NCBI GenBank assembly: GCA_944358505.1
Contig: CALVRG010000011.1
Location: forward strand, 1 to 51,464
Length of the DNA: 51,464 nt
DNA from: an uncultured Bacilli bacterium
GTDB lineage: Bacteria > Bacillota_I > Bacilli_A > RF39 > UBA660
Direction: 5' to 3'
Made by a program: the position numbers and the translations under genes. Below, one piece after another: positions 18,608-29,014 of this stretch. Under the pieces are notes generated by a model that was not told where the DNA came from, made no database searches, and worked only from the letters and a program-made list of their open reading frames with translations. Each line of letters begins with the position of its first letter. Within the stretch, counting starts at the first letter, position 1.

Positions 18608-20560
18608 ATGAAATTTTTAAAAAAATGTCTAAAAATATTTATAATAATTGTAGGTATTTTTGTTATTGGTAATATTTGTGTATATACATATGCTAAATTG
18701 AGTCCCAAGATTGAAATAAAAAATGCTAATAGCTTTATGCTTTTTGATAATAATAATGAAGTTTTTTTTCAGGGCAGTGGTTCAAAAGAATGGATTAGCC
18801 TCGATAACATATCTCCTTATTTAATTGAGGCTACTATAAATACAGAAGATAAGAATTTCTATAATCATATAGGATTTGATTATCTTAGAATTGCTAAAGC
18901 ACTTTTTGTTAATATTACAAGTGGAACTACAAGTCAAGGTGCTAGTACAATTACACAGCAATATGCTAAAAATTTATTTTTGGATTTTGATAAAACTTGG
19001 AAAAGAAAATGGGATGAAATGTGGTATACAATAGAAATAGAAAGTCATTATAGTAAAGATCAAATATTAGAGGGATATTTAAATACAATTAACTATGGGC
19101 ATGGTAAATATGGAATTGAAACTGCTAGTAAATTTTACTTTGGAAAAAGTGCTGAAGATTTAACTTTAGCTGAAGCAGCAATGCTTGCGGGTATTCCTAA
19201 ATCCCCTAGTAATTATTCACCACTTGTTAATTTAGAAAAAGCTACAGAAAGGCAACAAATGATTCTTAAAAATATGTATGAAGATGATGTTATTACTAGT
19301 AAAGAATATAAAACAGCAATGTCTGAAGAATTAAAATTTGTTTTAGAAGACGAAAAAGATAAATTAGAAAGTATATTGTATTATCAAGACGCAGTTATTG
19401 AAGAACTAAAAAATCTTGATGAAATACCCGAATCTTTTTTGGAAACTGGAGGTTTAAAGGTTTATACAAGTCTTGACTTAGAAACACAAAAACAATTAGA
19501 GGAAATGGTAAAAAATACTATGCCAGATAGTGATTTAGAAACAGCTAGTGTTATGATGGATCCTAAAACAGGTAGAGTTATAGCTTTAATTGGTGGTAAA
19601 GATTATAGCAAATCTGAATTTAATCGGGCCACTAACGCAAAAAGGCAAGTTGGATCTACTATGAAAGCATTTCTCTATTATGCTGCTTTAGAAAATGGTT
19701 TTACAGCTTCTACTACTTTTACAAGTCAAGAAACTACTTTTACTTTTAATGATGATGAAACTTATTCACCACAAAATTATAATGGTACTTATGGCAACAA
19801 ACCAATATCTATGGCTACTGCAATTGCTTATTCAGAAAATATTTATGCAGTAAAAACTCATATGTTTTTAGGTGAAGATATTCTTGTTAATATGGCTAAA
19901 AGGCTTGGAATTACCTCTAAACTTGATGAAGTTCCTTCTCTTGCTCTTGGCACTAGTGAAATTTCTATGTTAGAAATGGCAAGTGCTTACTCTGCTTTTG
20001 CAAACGAAGGTTATAAAGTTAGTCCACATTTTATTACTAAAGTTGTGGATAAAGAAGGAAATGTCTTATATGAAGCAGATGAAGAAAAAGAATTAATATT
20101 AAACTCTAGTTTGACTTTTATTTTGAGTAATTTGTTAACTTCTACTTATAATGCTAATTTTATAGATTATAATTATCCAACTGCGGTTAATCTTGCTAGT
20201 AAGATGACTCATAAATATGCTCTAAAAAGTGGAACTACTAATACTGATAACTGGTATATTGGTTACAATAAAAATATAGTTACTGCGGTATGGTGTGGTT
20301 ATGATGATAGTCGAAAGCTTGAATCTAGTGAATATAAATATGCCCAAAATATTTGGTTAAATTCTATGGAAAATTATATGAAAGACAAAACTAACGAATG
20401 GTATGAACAACCTAACAATGTTGTTGGAGTTTTGGTTAATCCTATTACTGGAAAACCTGCTAATGAAAATGATGAAAAAAAAGTGATAATGTATTATGTT
20501 AAAGGAACAGAACCTAGTGATGATGATCCTGTATTTGATGAGTTTGTAAAAGATAATTAG
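18608..20560 (+). CDS. pbpG: Class A penicillin-binding protein (PbpG/YwhE-like)
   Basis: Transglycosylase motifs EDKNFYNH.G, GASTITQQYAKN and RKWDE; transpeptidase motifs STMK, SEN and KSGT. C-terminal GVLVNPITGK...GTEP. Confidence 0.85.
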   Translation: MKFLKKCLKIFIIIVGIFVIGNICVYTYAKLSPKIEIKNANSFMLFDNNNEVFFQGSGSKEWISLDNISPYLIEATINTEDKNFYNHIGFDYLRIAKALFVNITSGTTSQGASTITQQYAKNLFLDFDKTWKRKWDEMWYTIEIESHYSKDQILEGYLNTINYGHGKYGIETASKFYFGKSAEDLTLAEAAMLAGIPKSPSNYSPLVNLEKATERQQMILKNMYEDDVITSKEYKTAMSEELKFVLEDEKDKLESILYYQDAVIEELKNLDEIPESFLETGGLKVYTSLDLETQKQLEEMVKNTMPDSDLETASVMMDPKTGRVIALIGGKDYSKSEFNRATNAKRQVGSTMKAFLYYAALENGFTASTTFTSQETTFTFNDDETYSPQNYNGTYGNKPISMATAIAYSENIYAVKTHMFLGEDILVNMAKRLGITSKLDEVPSLALGTSEISMLEMASAYSAFANEGYKVSPHFITKVVDKEGNVLYEADEEKELILNSSLTFILSNLLTSTYNANFIDYNYPTAVNLASKMTHKYALKSGTTNTDNWYIGYNKNIVTAVWCGYDDSRKLESSEYKYAQNIWLNSMENYMKDKTNEWYEQPNNVVGVLVNPITGKPANENDEKKVIMYYVKGTEPSDDDPVFDEFVKDN

Positions 20561-20587
20561 TATATTTTAGATTTTACATCATAATAT
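20559..20587 (+). promoter_or_regulatory. Candidate mother-cell sigma-E-type promoter of gerQ
   Basis: GTATATT...CATAATAT (20580-20587) resembles the sigE ATA...CATAcaaT consensus. Confidence 0.4.
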
Positions 20588-20607
20588 TATCTTGAGAGGA
20601 TGATTTT

Positions 20608-20964
20608 ATGAATAATAATTATGCAACTTATCCTGATCAAAGTACAGATCCACCTTACCAAAATTTTGACTATAACTATAATAACAATATGAACAATACT
20701 CCTAATACTAATGATATGATTCCAATAAATAATAATATGGATTATGCTGATAATATTTTAGAATTAAATATTGGAAAATTCGCTAATTTCTATATGTCTT
20801 ATTCCGATTCTTTAGAATGGAGAGATAAAGTTTTCAGCGGTATTATTGTAGCAGCAGGTAAAGATTATGTAGTTGTGAAAGATTATAACTCTAATAATAA
20901 TTATTTACTTTGGGCAGTATATTTAAATTATGTTGAGTTTAGAGAAGATATTAATTTAAGATAA
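20608..20964 (+). CDS. gerQ: Spore coat protein GerQ
   Basis: Low-complexity N-terminus, then YADNILELNIGK.ANFYMSY...EW.DKVFSGIIVAAGKDYVVV.D...YLL.AVYLNYVEF.EDI. Confidence 0.9.
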   Translation: MNNNYATYPDQSTDPPYQNFDYNYNNNMNNTPNTNDMIPINNNMDYADNILELNIGKFANFYMSYSDSLEWRDKVFSGIIVAAGKDYVVVKDYNSNNNYLLWAVYLNYVEFREDINLR

Positions 20965-21017
20965 AAATTGTTTCTTCTCTTTTTATTTGCTATAATATTA
21001 TTAAGGATGTGATAGTA

Positions 21018-21548
21018 ATGATTTATGCTATAATAGTAGGTATTTTATTATTGTTTATTTTTATTGCAGTTATTATTGTAATTTTTTATAAAAATAAATA
21101 TAGCTTTTTATACATTAAAGTAAAGGAAGCTGATAATAATTTAGATATTTTATTACAAAAGAAAGAGGCCATCTTGCTTAAGATTGTTCCTGTTTTAGAA
21201 AAAGCCGAGATTAAGGATATTCCTGAAGTTATTAAATTAAAATCAAAAAAAGTTAATCATCATGATTTATACGAAGAATTAACAACTATGTCTAATGAAA
21301 TTTTAAAAATTATTGATGATTATGAGGATAAAATTGATTTTAAAGTATTAGATCCTTTAATTGATAAATTAAATGATAATGAAAACGATTTGAGAGCTGC
21401 TTTAAAATATTATAGTGATAATGGAGATGAAATTAATTATTTAGCACATAAATTTCCAAGTAATTTAATTAAAATCTTTTCTCATTATCAAGATGTAGAA
21501 ACATATAAAATAAAAAAAAGAGAAACTCTTGAAATATTAAAACATTGA
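21018..21548 (+). CDS. LemA-like membrane-anchored coiled-coil protein
   Basis: N-terminal TM, VKEADNNLDILLQKK, and KLNDNENDL...Y...N....KFPSNLI. Confidence 0.7.
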   Translation: MIYAIIVGILLLFIFIAVIIVIFYKNKYSFLYIKVKEADNNLDILLQKKEAILLKIVPVLEKAEIKDIPEVIKLKSKKVNHHDLYEELTTMSNEILKIIDDYEDKIDFKVLDPLIDKLNDNENDLRAALKYYSDNGDEINYLAHKFPSNLIKIFSHYQDVETYKIKKRETLEILKH

Positions 21549-21570
21549 TTATAAAAAATAATCAATGTTT
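21540..21570 (+). terminator. Terminator after lemA-like gene
   Basis: AAACATTGATTAT-AAAAA-ATAATCAATGTTT inverted repeat. Confidence 0.65.
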
Positions 21571-21636
21571 CTTTATTATTACAACGTCAAATATATCTAT
21601 ATTTTTCCATTTATTTCCAGTTTTGTGATATAAAAA

Positions 21637-21658
21637 AACTAATGATTATTCATTAGTT
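21637..21658 (-). terminator. Terminator after ung
   Basis: AACTAATGA-TTAT-TCATTAGTT with a flanking A-run (U-run on the minus strand). Confidence 0.65.
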
Positions 21659-22319
21659 AATCTATTTTCCAATCAATTGGTTTTATACCTTTAGATGTTA
21701 GAAATTTGTTAGTTTTTGAAAATGGTTTACTATCAAAAAAGCCATTATAAGCGGAAAGTGGTGATGGATGTGCTGATTCTATAATATAATGTTTTTTATT
21801 TGTGATCAATTTTTTCTTATTTCTAGCAAATCCCCCCCAAAGTATAAATACTATAGGTTCTTCTTTTTTATTTAGTATTTCAATTATTTTATCAGTAAAT
21901 ATTTCCCATCCTTTATCTTTATGAGAAGCAGCTTTATTTGCTTCTACTGTTAAAACTGTATTTAGAAGCAATACTCCTTGATCAGCCCAAGGTATAAGAC
22001 TACTAGTTTTAGGAATAGGAAGTCCTAAATCTGAATTTAATTCTTTAAATATATTTTGAAGACTGGGCGGCTTTTTTATACCATTTTTTACAGAAAATGA
22101 TAATCCTTCAGCCTGATGTTCTCCATGATATGGATCTTGCCCTAGTATTACTACTTTAACATACTGATAGGATGTATGTCTTAAAGCATTAAATATTTCA
22201 TTTTTAGGTGGATAAATAACTTTATTTTGATATTCCTTATTAATAAACTCAATTAGTTTTTTAAAGTAATCTTTAGTATATTCCTCTTTAAGATAATTAT
22301 CCCAATCATTTCCAATCAT
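21657..22319 (-). CDS. ung: Uracil-DNA glycosylase (family 1)
   Basis: GQDPYH, GLSFSV, PPSL, GVLLLN and HPSPLS motifs. Confidence 0.98.
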   Translation of the reverse strand: MIGNDWDNYLKEEYTKDYFKKLIEFINKEYQNKVIYPPKNEIFNALRHTSYQYVKVVILGQDPYHGEHQAEGLSFSVKNGIKKPPSLQNIFKELNSDLGLPIPKTSSLIPWADQGVLLLNTVLTVEANKAASHKDKGWEIFTDKIIEILNKKEEPIVFILWGGFARNKKKLITNKKHYIIESAHPSPLSAYNGFFDSKPFSKTNKFLTSKGIKPIDWKID

Positions 22320-22331
22320 ATTTTTTCTCCC

Positions 22332-22787
22332 TTATTTATGATAATTTTCATTGTTTTTTATTTTATAAGCTCTATATAGTTGTTCAAGAAACATTACTCT
22401 AAACAATTGATGTGGAAAAGTCAATTTAGAAAAAGAAATGCTGTAATTAGCTCTTTTTTTTACCTCATTACTCAATCCATAACTACCACCTATTATAAAA
22501 GTTAAATTGCTATTAATTTGTTCTATTTTGCATAATTTTTTAGATAACTCAATTGATGATAACTCTTGTCCAATTATGTCTAATATAATAACATTATCGG
22601 TATCTTTTATGTGCCTTAAAATGTTATTTCCTTCCTCTTTTTTACTTTTGTCTAAATCTTCATAGCAAATATCAGGTAATTCTATTATGTCTAACTTTGT
22701 ATATTTTGATAATCTTTTTTTATATTCATCTATTGCTTCTTTTAAGTATTTTTCTTTTATTTTACCTACACATATCAATTTTATCAT
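22332..22787 (-). CDS. rlmH: 23S rRNA pseudouridine-1915 N3-methyltransferase
   Basis: VGKIKEKY, FIIGGSYG, TFPHQL.R..LEQLYRA and YHK terminus. Confidence 0.97.
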   Translation of the reverse strand: MIKLICVGKIKEKYLKEAIDEYKKRLSKYTKLDIIELPDICYEDLDKSKKEEGNNILRHIKDTDNVIILDIIGQELSSIELSKKLCKIEQINSNLTFIIGGSYGLSNEVKKRANYSISFSKLTFPHQLFRVMFLEQLYRAYKIKNNENYHK

Positions 22788-23553
22788 CTAATACCTCTAT
22801 TTCTTCTAAAGATTCATTCTGTTTAGCAATTAAAATCTTAGGATTGTATTCTATTTCACTTATTATTTTGGAAAGAGAATTATAAGCAAGCTCTTCTTTA
22901 TTATTATGTTCGCTTAAGTGGGCAAGTATTATGTACATAGTGTCTTTACCTATTAACTTTTTTAAATATTTAGCTGTTGTATCATTGGAAAGATGCCCTT
23001 CGTCGCTTAAAATACGTTGTTTTAAATAAAATGGATATGGACCATTCAGCAGCATTTTTTCGTCATGATTACTTTCAATATAATAAATATTTTTATTAGT
23101 TAAAAGTGGAAAGTATTTACGATTTATATAACCTGTATCTGTAATATATACTAGTGAATTTTTATCTTCATTAATTACAAAGCCAACTGATCCTTTAGCA
23201 TCATGTGATGTTTTAAAAACTATTATATTTGTTTTACTATTTAAAGATATATTTTCTTGATATTCTTCTATTCTGTCTTCATTAATATCAATATTTAATT
23301 CTTTTAACATATCTACATTAGTATAAACTTTAAATTTACTGTTTTTTAACAAAACTTTAAGTCCGCTAGTATGGTCATTATGAGCGTGTGTTAAAAGTAA
23401 ACAATCTATACTATCTATAGTTAAGTTCATCTTCTCTAGTTCTTTTTTTAATCTCTGATATGTTATCCCTATATCAATTAGAAAGCGAGCAGATTTAGTT
23501 TCTATATAAGAACAATTTCCTTTAGATCCACTCGCTAAAACTTTTATTTTCAT
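22762..23553 (-). CDS. walJ: MBL-fold metallo-hydrolase YycJ/WalJ
   Basis: LASGSKGN, THAHNDH, TSHDA, TDTGY, ESNHD, GHLSN and LAHLSEHNN motifs. Confidence 0.9.
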   Translation of the reverse strand: MKIKVLASGSKGNCSYIETKSARFLIDIGITYQRLKKELEKMNLTIDSIDCLLLTHAHNDHTSGLKVLLKNSKFKVYTNVDMLKELNIDINEDRIEEYQENISLNSKTNIIVFKTSHDAKGSVGFVINEDKNSLVYITDTGYINRKYFPLLTNKNIYYIESNHDEKMLLNGPYPFYLKQRILSDEGHLSNDTTAKYLKKLIGKDTMYIILAHLSEHNNKEELAYNSLSKIISEIEYNPKILIAKQNESLEEIEVLDDKIDMCR

Positions 23554-25070
23554 TAGAATAAACTCATTGGATTTAGAGAAGATGATCCTTTACTATATGG
23601 AAATTTCTTCCACAATCCAAAGTGTAAGTGAACTCCTGTTGCTGCTCCTGTTCTACCCATTGAGCCTATTGTATCTCCCATTGACACTTCTTGTCCAACA
23701 CTTACATATCGTTCTGCAAGGTGTGCATACATCGTATAGTAACCATTATTATGATTAATGACAATATATTCTCCATTATCATACTTGTATGAAGAAGCTA
23801 CTACAATTCCATTATTTGAAGCATAAATAGGCGAACCATAGCCTGCTCCTGCAATATCCATACCATCATGCAGTGTTCCCCAACGATATCCATAAGGACT
23901 ACTTATATAATATGGGGTTCTAGTAGGCCATAACCAGTATCCTTCAACCTTTGTATTACTACTTAATCCACTATTAACACCACCACTAGATCCTTTTTGC
24001 TTTGTACCTTTTACAATTATTTTCTTTATTGGTTCTTTTAATACTTTAGTAGCATTATTATCAATAACAGCACTTTCAACTTGTCCATTTACTTTTTGAA
24101 CTTTTGATGTTACTAATTGTGATCCAACTACTCCTTCCTGAATTGTTTCCTGATACGTACTATATTTAGTATTATCATATCTTGTTTCAGTTTCATATGG
24201 TATATCTTGCATCGTTACTTGATGATCTATTTCTACTAATCGAAATTGAGGCTTGATAATACTAATCGTAACATTTTGACCCTCGTATAAAAGATTATTC
24301 GCATCTGTAAATTCAGGATTTGCTATTAAGAATTCTTCATTTGATAATTTATTATTAAAAGCAACATTACTAATAGTATCTCCAGCTTGGACAGTATATT
24401 TTTGTTGTTCTTCTAATGTTCCAAATAAAAGATACTTACTTAAATCATCACTAGTTTCATAAATTGTTTCATCTGATGGGACATTGGTTTCTTTAATAGT
24501 TATCTTGTTTTCTATATAAATGTTTTCTATTATTGTTCCTGTTTTTCCGTCTTCGATTGCTTGTTGTTCGTTAGCAAGATATTTATCATAACTATCACTA
24601 TCAACAAATGATCTTATAGTTCTATCCATTGCATCTTTAAATACTTGTTTATCTAAAACATATAGAACTTGATCCTTTTCTTTAATTGTCTCACCTTGTT
24701 CATTTGTTTTTTCTATACCTGATATTGTTATTTTATACCCTTTTATTGTAAATGGCTCTATATCTTTAATCTTATTATATATTTCTTTCGTTGTAGAAAT
24801 ATTTTCATTATAAGTTACGTCTTTAATAACTTCTAAATCTTCTGGTGCATAAACTTTATCAGCATTATATTTATCTTTTAATTCTTGTTGTTCTTTATCT
24901 ATATATTCATTAAGATCTTCTTTATTATTTATTAATCCAACTGACTTTCCAGCTAGATAAACACGATAAACACTTTTAGGAGTTGTTGTTTGCTCTTTTG
25001 GTATAATAAATACTAATATAAGGCTTATAACCAATGCTATTAAAATAGTGATTATTTTTTTTATATTCAT
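23553..25070 (-). CDS. Membrane-anchored LysM-G5-M23 peptidoglycan endopeptidase
   Basis: TM anchor, LysM (YTVQAGDTIS), G5 (IPYETETR...QEGVVG...IIVKGTK), and M23 with intact HDGMD and HLH. Confidence 0.9.
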   Translation of the reverse strand: MNIKKIITILIALVISLILVFIIPKEQTTTPKSVYRVYLAGKSVGLINNKEDLNEYIDKEQQELKDKYNADKVYAPEDLEVIKDVTYNENISTTKEIYNKIKDIEPFTIKGYKITISGIEKTNEQGETIKEKDQVLYVLDKQVFKDAMDRTIRSFVDSDSYDKYLANEQQAIEDGKTGTIIENIYIENKITIKETNVPSDETIYETSDDLSKYLLFGTLEEQQKYTVQAGDTISNVAFNNKLSNEEFLIANPEFTDANNLLYEGQNVTISIIKPQFRLVEIDHQVTMQDIPYETETRYDNTKYSTYQETIQEGVVGSQLVTSKVQKVNGQVESAVIDNNATKVLKEPIKKIIVKGTKQKGSSGGVNSGLSSNTKVEGYWLWPTRTPYYISSPYGYRWGTLHDGMDIAGAGYGSPIYASNNGIVVASSYKYDNGEYIVINHNNGYYTMYAHLAERYVSVGQEVSMGDTIGSMGRTGAATGVHLHFGLWKKFPYSKGSSSLNPMSLF

Positions 25071-25071
25071 T

Positions 25072-26418
25072 TTACTCCTCCTCATTTTCATTTTTGCTCA
25101 TATTTAAAAATGTTGATGTATCTTTTTTAAATAAAAGTTGAATTGTAGCTTGAGGCCCACTTCTATGTTTAGCTATAATAAATTCACTAATACTTGTAGG
25201 GTCATTTTTTGATTCTTTACTATAATAATCATCACGATACAAAAATCCTACTAAATCGGCATCTTGTTCAATAGAACCTGATTCTCTTAAATCAGATAAC
25301 ATAGGCCTTTTATCTTCTCTTCCTTCTACACTACGAGAAAGCTGTGCTAAAGCAATAACAGGAATATGTAATTCCATAGCTAATGTTTTTAAACTTCTTG
25401 AAATATCTGCAACCTCTTGTTGTCTATTAGCTCCATAATTTTTTCCACCTGATATTAATTGTAAATAGTCAATTATAACTAAATCTAGGCCATCAGTACT
25501 TGATGACAAACGACGGCATTTAGCACGAATTTCTCCTATTGTTATGCCTGGTGTATCATCTATATATAATTTTGCATCTGATAATCTGCTTACTGCTTGA
25601 TCAAACCTTTTCCAATCATTATTCAACATTTTACCAGTTCTTAATTTAAATCCTTCTAATTGGCCAAGAGAAGATATAATACGACTTGCTAATTGTTCTG
25701 CACCCATCTCTAAGTTAAAAACTGCAACCGTTTTATCAGTATGTGTTGTGACATAAGTTGCAAGATTTAATGCAAAAGCTGTTTTACCCATACCAGGACG
25801 AGCTGCTAATATTATAAGTTCATTTTCATGAAGACCTGCTGTTATTTTATCAATATCATACCACCCTGTTGGAATACCTGTAATTTCTCCTTTAGATTCT
25901 GCCAATTTTTGTAAGTCTTCCTCTGTTTTTTCTAGAACTTTTTGAATAGACTTAAATTCACTAGATTTACGATTCTTTGCAATTGTTAAAATTTTACGTT
26001 CAGCTTGATCTAAAATATCATTTATATTTTCATCACTATTATAACCATTTGCAGCAATAGACTCCGCTGTTTCGATTAATCTCCTTAACAAAGAGGCATT
26101 TTGAACTTCTTTTATATAATATTCTACATTAGTAGCTGTTGGAACAAAGGTTGTTATCTCTGTAAGATAAGTTACTCCCCCAATATCATTTAAATAGTTT
26201 AGTTTAGTTAAAGTTGTTGTTAATGTTGTCAAATCAACTGGTGTTTTTTCTTCTACTAACTTTTTTAAAGCTACAAATATTTTAACATTTCTTTGATCAT
26301 AGAAGTCTGTATCATCTAAATTTTCGATGGCCATTAATAAAGCTGAATTTGATAGAAAGCATGAGCCCAAAACACTTTTTTCAGCTTCTAAATTTTGAGG
26401 CAGTTGTTTTACAGCCAT
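25072..26418 (-). CDS. dnaB: Replicative DNA helicase
   Basis: PQNLEAEKSVLG, AARPGMGKT, IIDYLQL and LSDLRESGSIEQDAD motifs. Confidence 0.98.
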   Translation of the reverse strand: MAVKQLPQNLEAEKSVLGSCFLSNSALLMAIENLDDTDFYDQRNVKIFVALKKLVEEKTPVDLTTLTTTLTKLNYLNDIGGVTYLTEITTFVPTATNVEYYIKEVQNASLLRRLIETAESIAANGYNSDENINDILDQAERKILTIAKNRKSSEFKSIQKVLEKTEEDLQKLAESKGEITGIPTGWYDIDKITAGLHENELIILAARPGMGKTAFALNLATYVTTHTDKTVAVFNLEMGAEQLASRIISSLGQLEGFKLRTGKMLNNDWKRFDQAVSRLSDAKLYIDDTPGITIGEIRAKCRRLSSSTDGLDLVIIDYLQLISGGKNYGANRQQEVADISRSLKTLAMELHIPVIALAQLSRSVEGREDKRPMLSDLRESGSIEQDADLVGFLYRDDYYSKESKNDPTSISEFIIAKHRSGPQATIQLLFKKDTSTFLNMSKNENEEE

Positions 26419-26426
26419 ATTATCAC

Positions 26427-26867
26427 CTACTTAACTAAATGTATTTTTACTTTTGCTAAAACATTTTTATATAATTCTATTTCAATATTATGAAAACCTA
26501 AACTGGATGGGGAAGATGATAATTTAATCATGCTTTTATCAAATTCAAATCCATGTTCTTTCAAAGATTCTTTGATTTGTTTAATACTTATGCTTCCAAA
26601 AACTTTATCATTATCACCCGTTTTAACTTTAAATACTAAAGTAATTTTCTCAAGTTGTTCTTTAATCTTCAATGCTTCCTGCTTTAATTTGGCTTCTTTT
26701 TTCTCCTTTTCTTTTTCTTCTTCTTTCAAGTTAGAAATAGAAATTGGTGTTGCTTTAATAGCATATCCTTTTTTTATTAAAAAGTTTTCAGCATAGCCAT
26801 CCTTTACTTGTTTAATTTCTCCTTTTTTGCCTTGCCCTTTTAAATCTTTAATAAAAATCACTTCCAT
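26427..26867 (-). CDS. rplI: 50S ribosomal protein L9
   Basis: [21 protein letters not shown] and KVFGSIS. Confidence 0.97.
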   Translation of the reverse strand: MEVIFIKDLKGQGKKGEIKQVKDGYAENFLIKKGYAIKATPISISNLKEEEKEKEKKEAKLKQEALKIKEQLEKITLVFKVKTGDNDKVFGSISIKQIKESLKEHGFEFDKSMIKLSSSPSSLGFHNIEIELYKNVLAKVKIHLVK

Positions 26868-26868
26868 A

Positions 26869-27861
26869 TTATTCTTCCTCCTTTTTTAAAATTTGTTTTA
26901 ATTTAGCTTCTACTTTACTAATAGTACTATCATTAATTCTAGCAGCTCCTACTGTCTTATTGCCACCACCACCTAATGGATTTAAAATAGAAGATATATT
27001 ATAACTTCCTAAACTTCTAGCACTAATAGCAATTGTTTTAGATGCTGATCTAGCTATAACAAATGATGCTTCAATATCATTAAAGAATAGAAGTGTATCT
27101 GCTATCTTTGCTATGTCTTCTCTTCTATAAATCATATATGGGCTACCTTTAGCAATAGCTATTTTATTATTTATTATATCTACATTAGTTATTACTTTTT
27201 GCCTTTCTATGTACTCTTTTAAATCTTGCTTTAGCAAATATTGTACTTTCTTAGTACTAGCTCCCATACTGGATAAATAATATGCTGCATAATATGTTTC
27301 AGAGTTTGTCTTTAATGTGAAGTTATTTGTATCTAAAACTATACCAGACAATAAAAGAGTTGCATAATAAGGATCTAATTCCATCTTATACATTTCTACT
27401 AAATTTGTAATTATTTCACATGTACTAGATATATCATTATCTATAACTCTAAGACCTGCTTCTATTGATGTTTCTCCTAACTCATGATGATCAAGAATGA
27501 CAATTGATTCTTTATCAAAAAGATCGATTGCATCACTAGATTGGACTAATTCTTTCTTATTTACATCTAATATTATTAATAAGTTTTTCTTTTTTCTTAT
27601 ATAAAAATTTTCTTCTATTTCTTTACTATTAATTATATTTAAGCATCCTTCTAATTCTTTAAAAACTTTTGATACACCAGATTCATGTATAGTGTCATCA
27701 ATAACTAAAAAACAATTTTTATTTAGGTTTTCTAAAATTGTATAAAGTCCAATAGAACTACCAAGGGCATCTAAATCTAATTCTTTGTGAGCCATAATAA
27801 ATATTGTTTTAGAACTATTTAGTTTTTGTTTTAATTTTTTTTTATTTTCATATAACTTCAT
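26869..27861 (-). CDS. Stand-alone DHH/DHHA1 phosphoesterase at the gdpP locus
   Basis: [31 protein letters not shown] and ISARSLG, resembling the GdpP catalytic half. No TM, PAS or GGDEF part. Confidence 0.85.
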   Translation of the reverse strand: MKLYENKKKLKQKLNSSKTIFIMAHKELDLDALGSSIGLYTILENLNKNCFLVIDDTIHESGVSKVFKELEGCLNIINSKEIEENFYIRKKKNLLIILDVNKKELVQSSDAIDLFDKESIVILDHHELGETSIEAGLRVIDNDISSTCEIITNLVEMYKMELDPYYATLLLSGIVLDTNNFTLKTNSETYYAAYYLSSMGASTKKVQYLLKQDLKEYIERQKVITNVDIINNKIAIAKGSPYMIYRREDIAKIADTLLFFNDIEASFVIARSASKTIAISARSLGSYNISSILNPLGGGGNKTVGAARINDSTISKVEAKLKQILKKEEE

Positions 27862-27950
27862 TAGATCCTCCTTTTATCCCTTGTTAATATTATATACTAT
27901 TTTATATGATAAGTAAAATTGTAAAGAAAAAGTAAATAGATTTTTTCTAT

Positions 27951-28193
27951 TTACTTTGTATAAGGTAATAGGCCAATTGCTCTTGCTCTTTTTATTTCTC
28001 TTGCTATATATCTTTGATGACGAGCACAGTTACCAGTTACACGACGAGGAACAATTTTTCCTCTATCATTTATATATCTTTTTAATGTTTCTACATCTTT
28101 ATAATTAACAGTTTTTCCTGTACACATTATACATACTTTCTTTTTACGACGACCAAAATCTTTTCGTTCTTTAAAATCTTTAGTCACTGCCAT
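27951..28193 (-). CDS. rpsR: 30S ribosomal protein S18
   Basis: [29 protein letters not shown]...IKRAR.IGLLPY. Confidence 0.98.
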   Translation of the reverse strand: MAVTKDFKERKDFGRRKKKVCIMCTGKTVNYKDVETLKRYINDRGKIVPRRVTGNCARHQRYIAREIKRARAIGLLPYTK

Positions 28194-28207
28194 ATTCTTC
28201 CCTCCTT

Positions 28208-28705
28208 TTAAAATGGTAATTCATCATCATTTATTTCTATACTGCTTCCAAAATCGGCATATGGATTATTTGAAATGTCAGTTCCGTTTGATGATGGTTC
28301 TTCTTTAAAATCATATGGAGTAGGTTCTGCAGATGTTTGTGTTGATTGTTGATTAAAACCTGGTTGAGACATTTGATTTTGATTATCTCTTCTACTACCA
28401 ACAAATTCTACATTATCAGCAATTACTTCAGTAACATATCTTCTTTGACCATTTTGATCATCATAGTTACGAACTTGAATACGTCCTTCAATTGCTACTT
28501 GACTTCCTTGTGATAAGTAATTTTTAACATTTTCTGCTTGTTTACGCCATACAACAACATTTATAAAGTCAGCCTCTCGTTCTCCCGTTTGACTTGTATA
28601 AGTTCTATTTACTGCAACCGTAAAACTTGCAACAGCTGTATTATTACCTGTATAACGAAGTTCTGGGTCACGAGTTAATCGACCAATTAAAAATACTTTG
28701 TTCAT
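28208..28705 (-). CDS. ssb: Single-stranded DNA-binding protein
   Basis: [18 protein letters not shown]; C-terminal DDELPF. Confidence 0.98.
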   Translation of the reverse strand: MNKVFLIGRLTRDPELRYTGNNTAVASFTVAVNRTYTSQTGEREADFINVVVWRKQAENVKNYLSQGSQVAIEGRIQVRNYDDQNGQRRYVTEVIADNVEFVGSRRDNQNQMSQPGFNQQSTQTSAEPTPYDFKEEPSSNGTDISNNPYADFGSSIEINDDELPF

Positions 28706-28719
28706 AATTACCTCTTTTC

Positions 28720-29007
28720 CTAATCATCTATTCTAATGATTAGATGACGTAAAATGTTTTCATTAATACGAGCTAGACGATCAAATTCAGTAATTGCTTC
28801 ATTGTTAGCTTCAACTACATATAAGAAATAATAACCATTTTTATATTTCTTAATTTCATATGCTAATTCTTTTTGTCCCATAGCTTTTTCTTCTGTAATT
28901 TTACTTTTTTTATCTGTTAAAACTTTCTTTAGAGATTCAGCCTCTTTCTTTATTGTTGCCTCTTCTAAATCAGGTTTAACGATAAACATAACTTCATATT
29001 TATTCAT
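28720..29007 (-). CDS. rpsF: 30S ribosomal protein S6
   Basis: KYEVMFIVKPDL, LAYEIKK...GYY and EFDRLARINENILRH. Confidence 0.97.
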   Translation of the reverse strand: MNKYEVMFIVKPDLEEATIKKEAESLKKVLTDKKSKITEEKAMGQKELAYEIKKYKNGYYFLYVVEANNEAITEFDRLARINENILRHLIIRIDD

Positions 29008-29014
29008 TAAACAC

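Noticed and set aside
20608-20745. AAT-rich repeats
   Set aside because: Low-complexity Asn-rich N-terminus of GerQ, not a separate repeat element.
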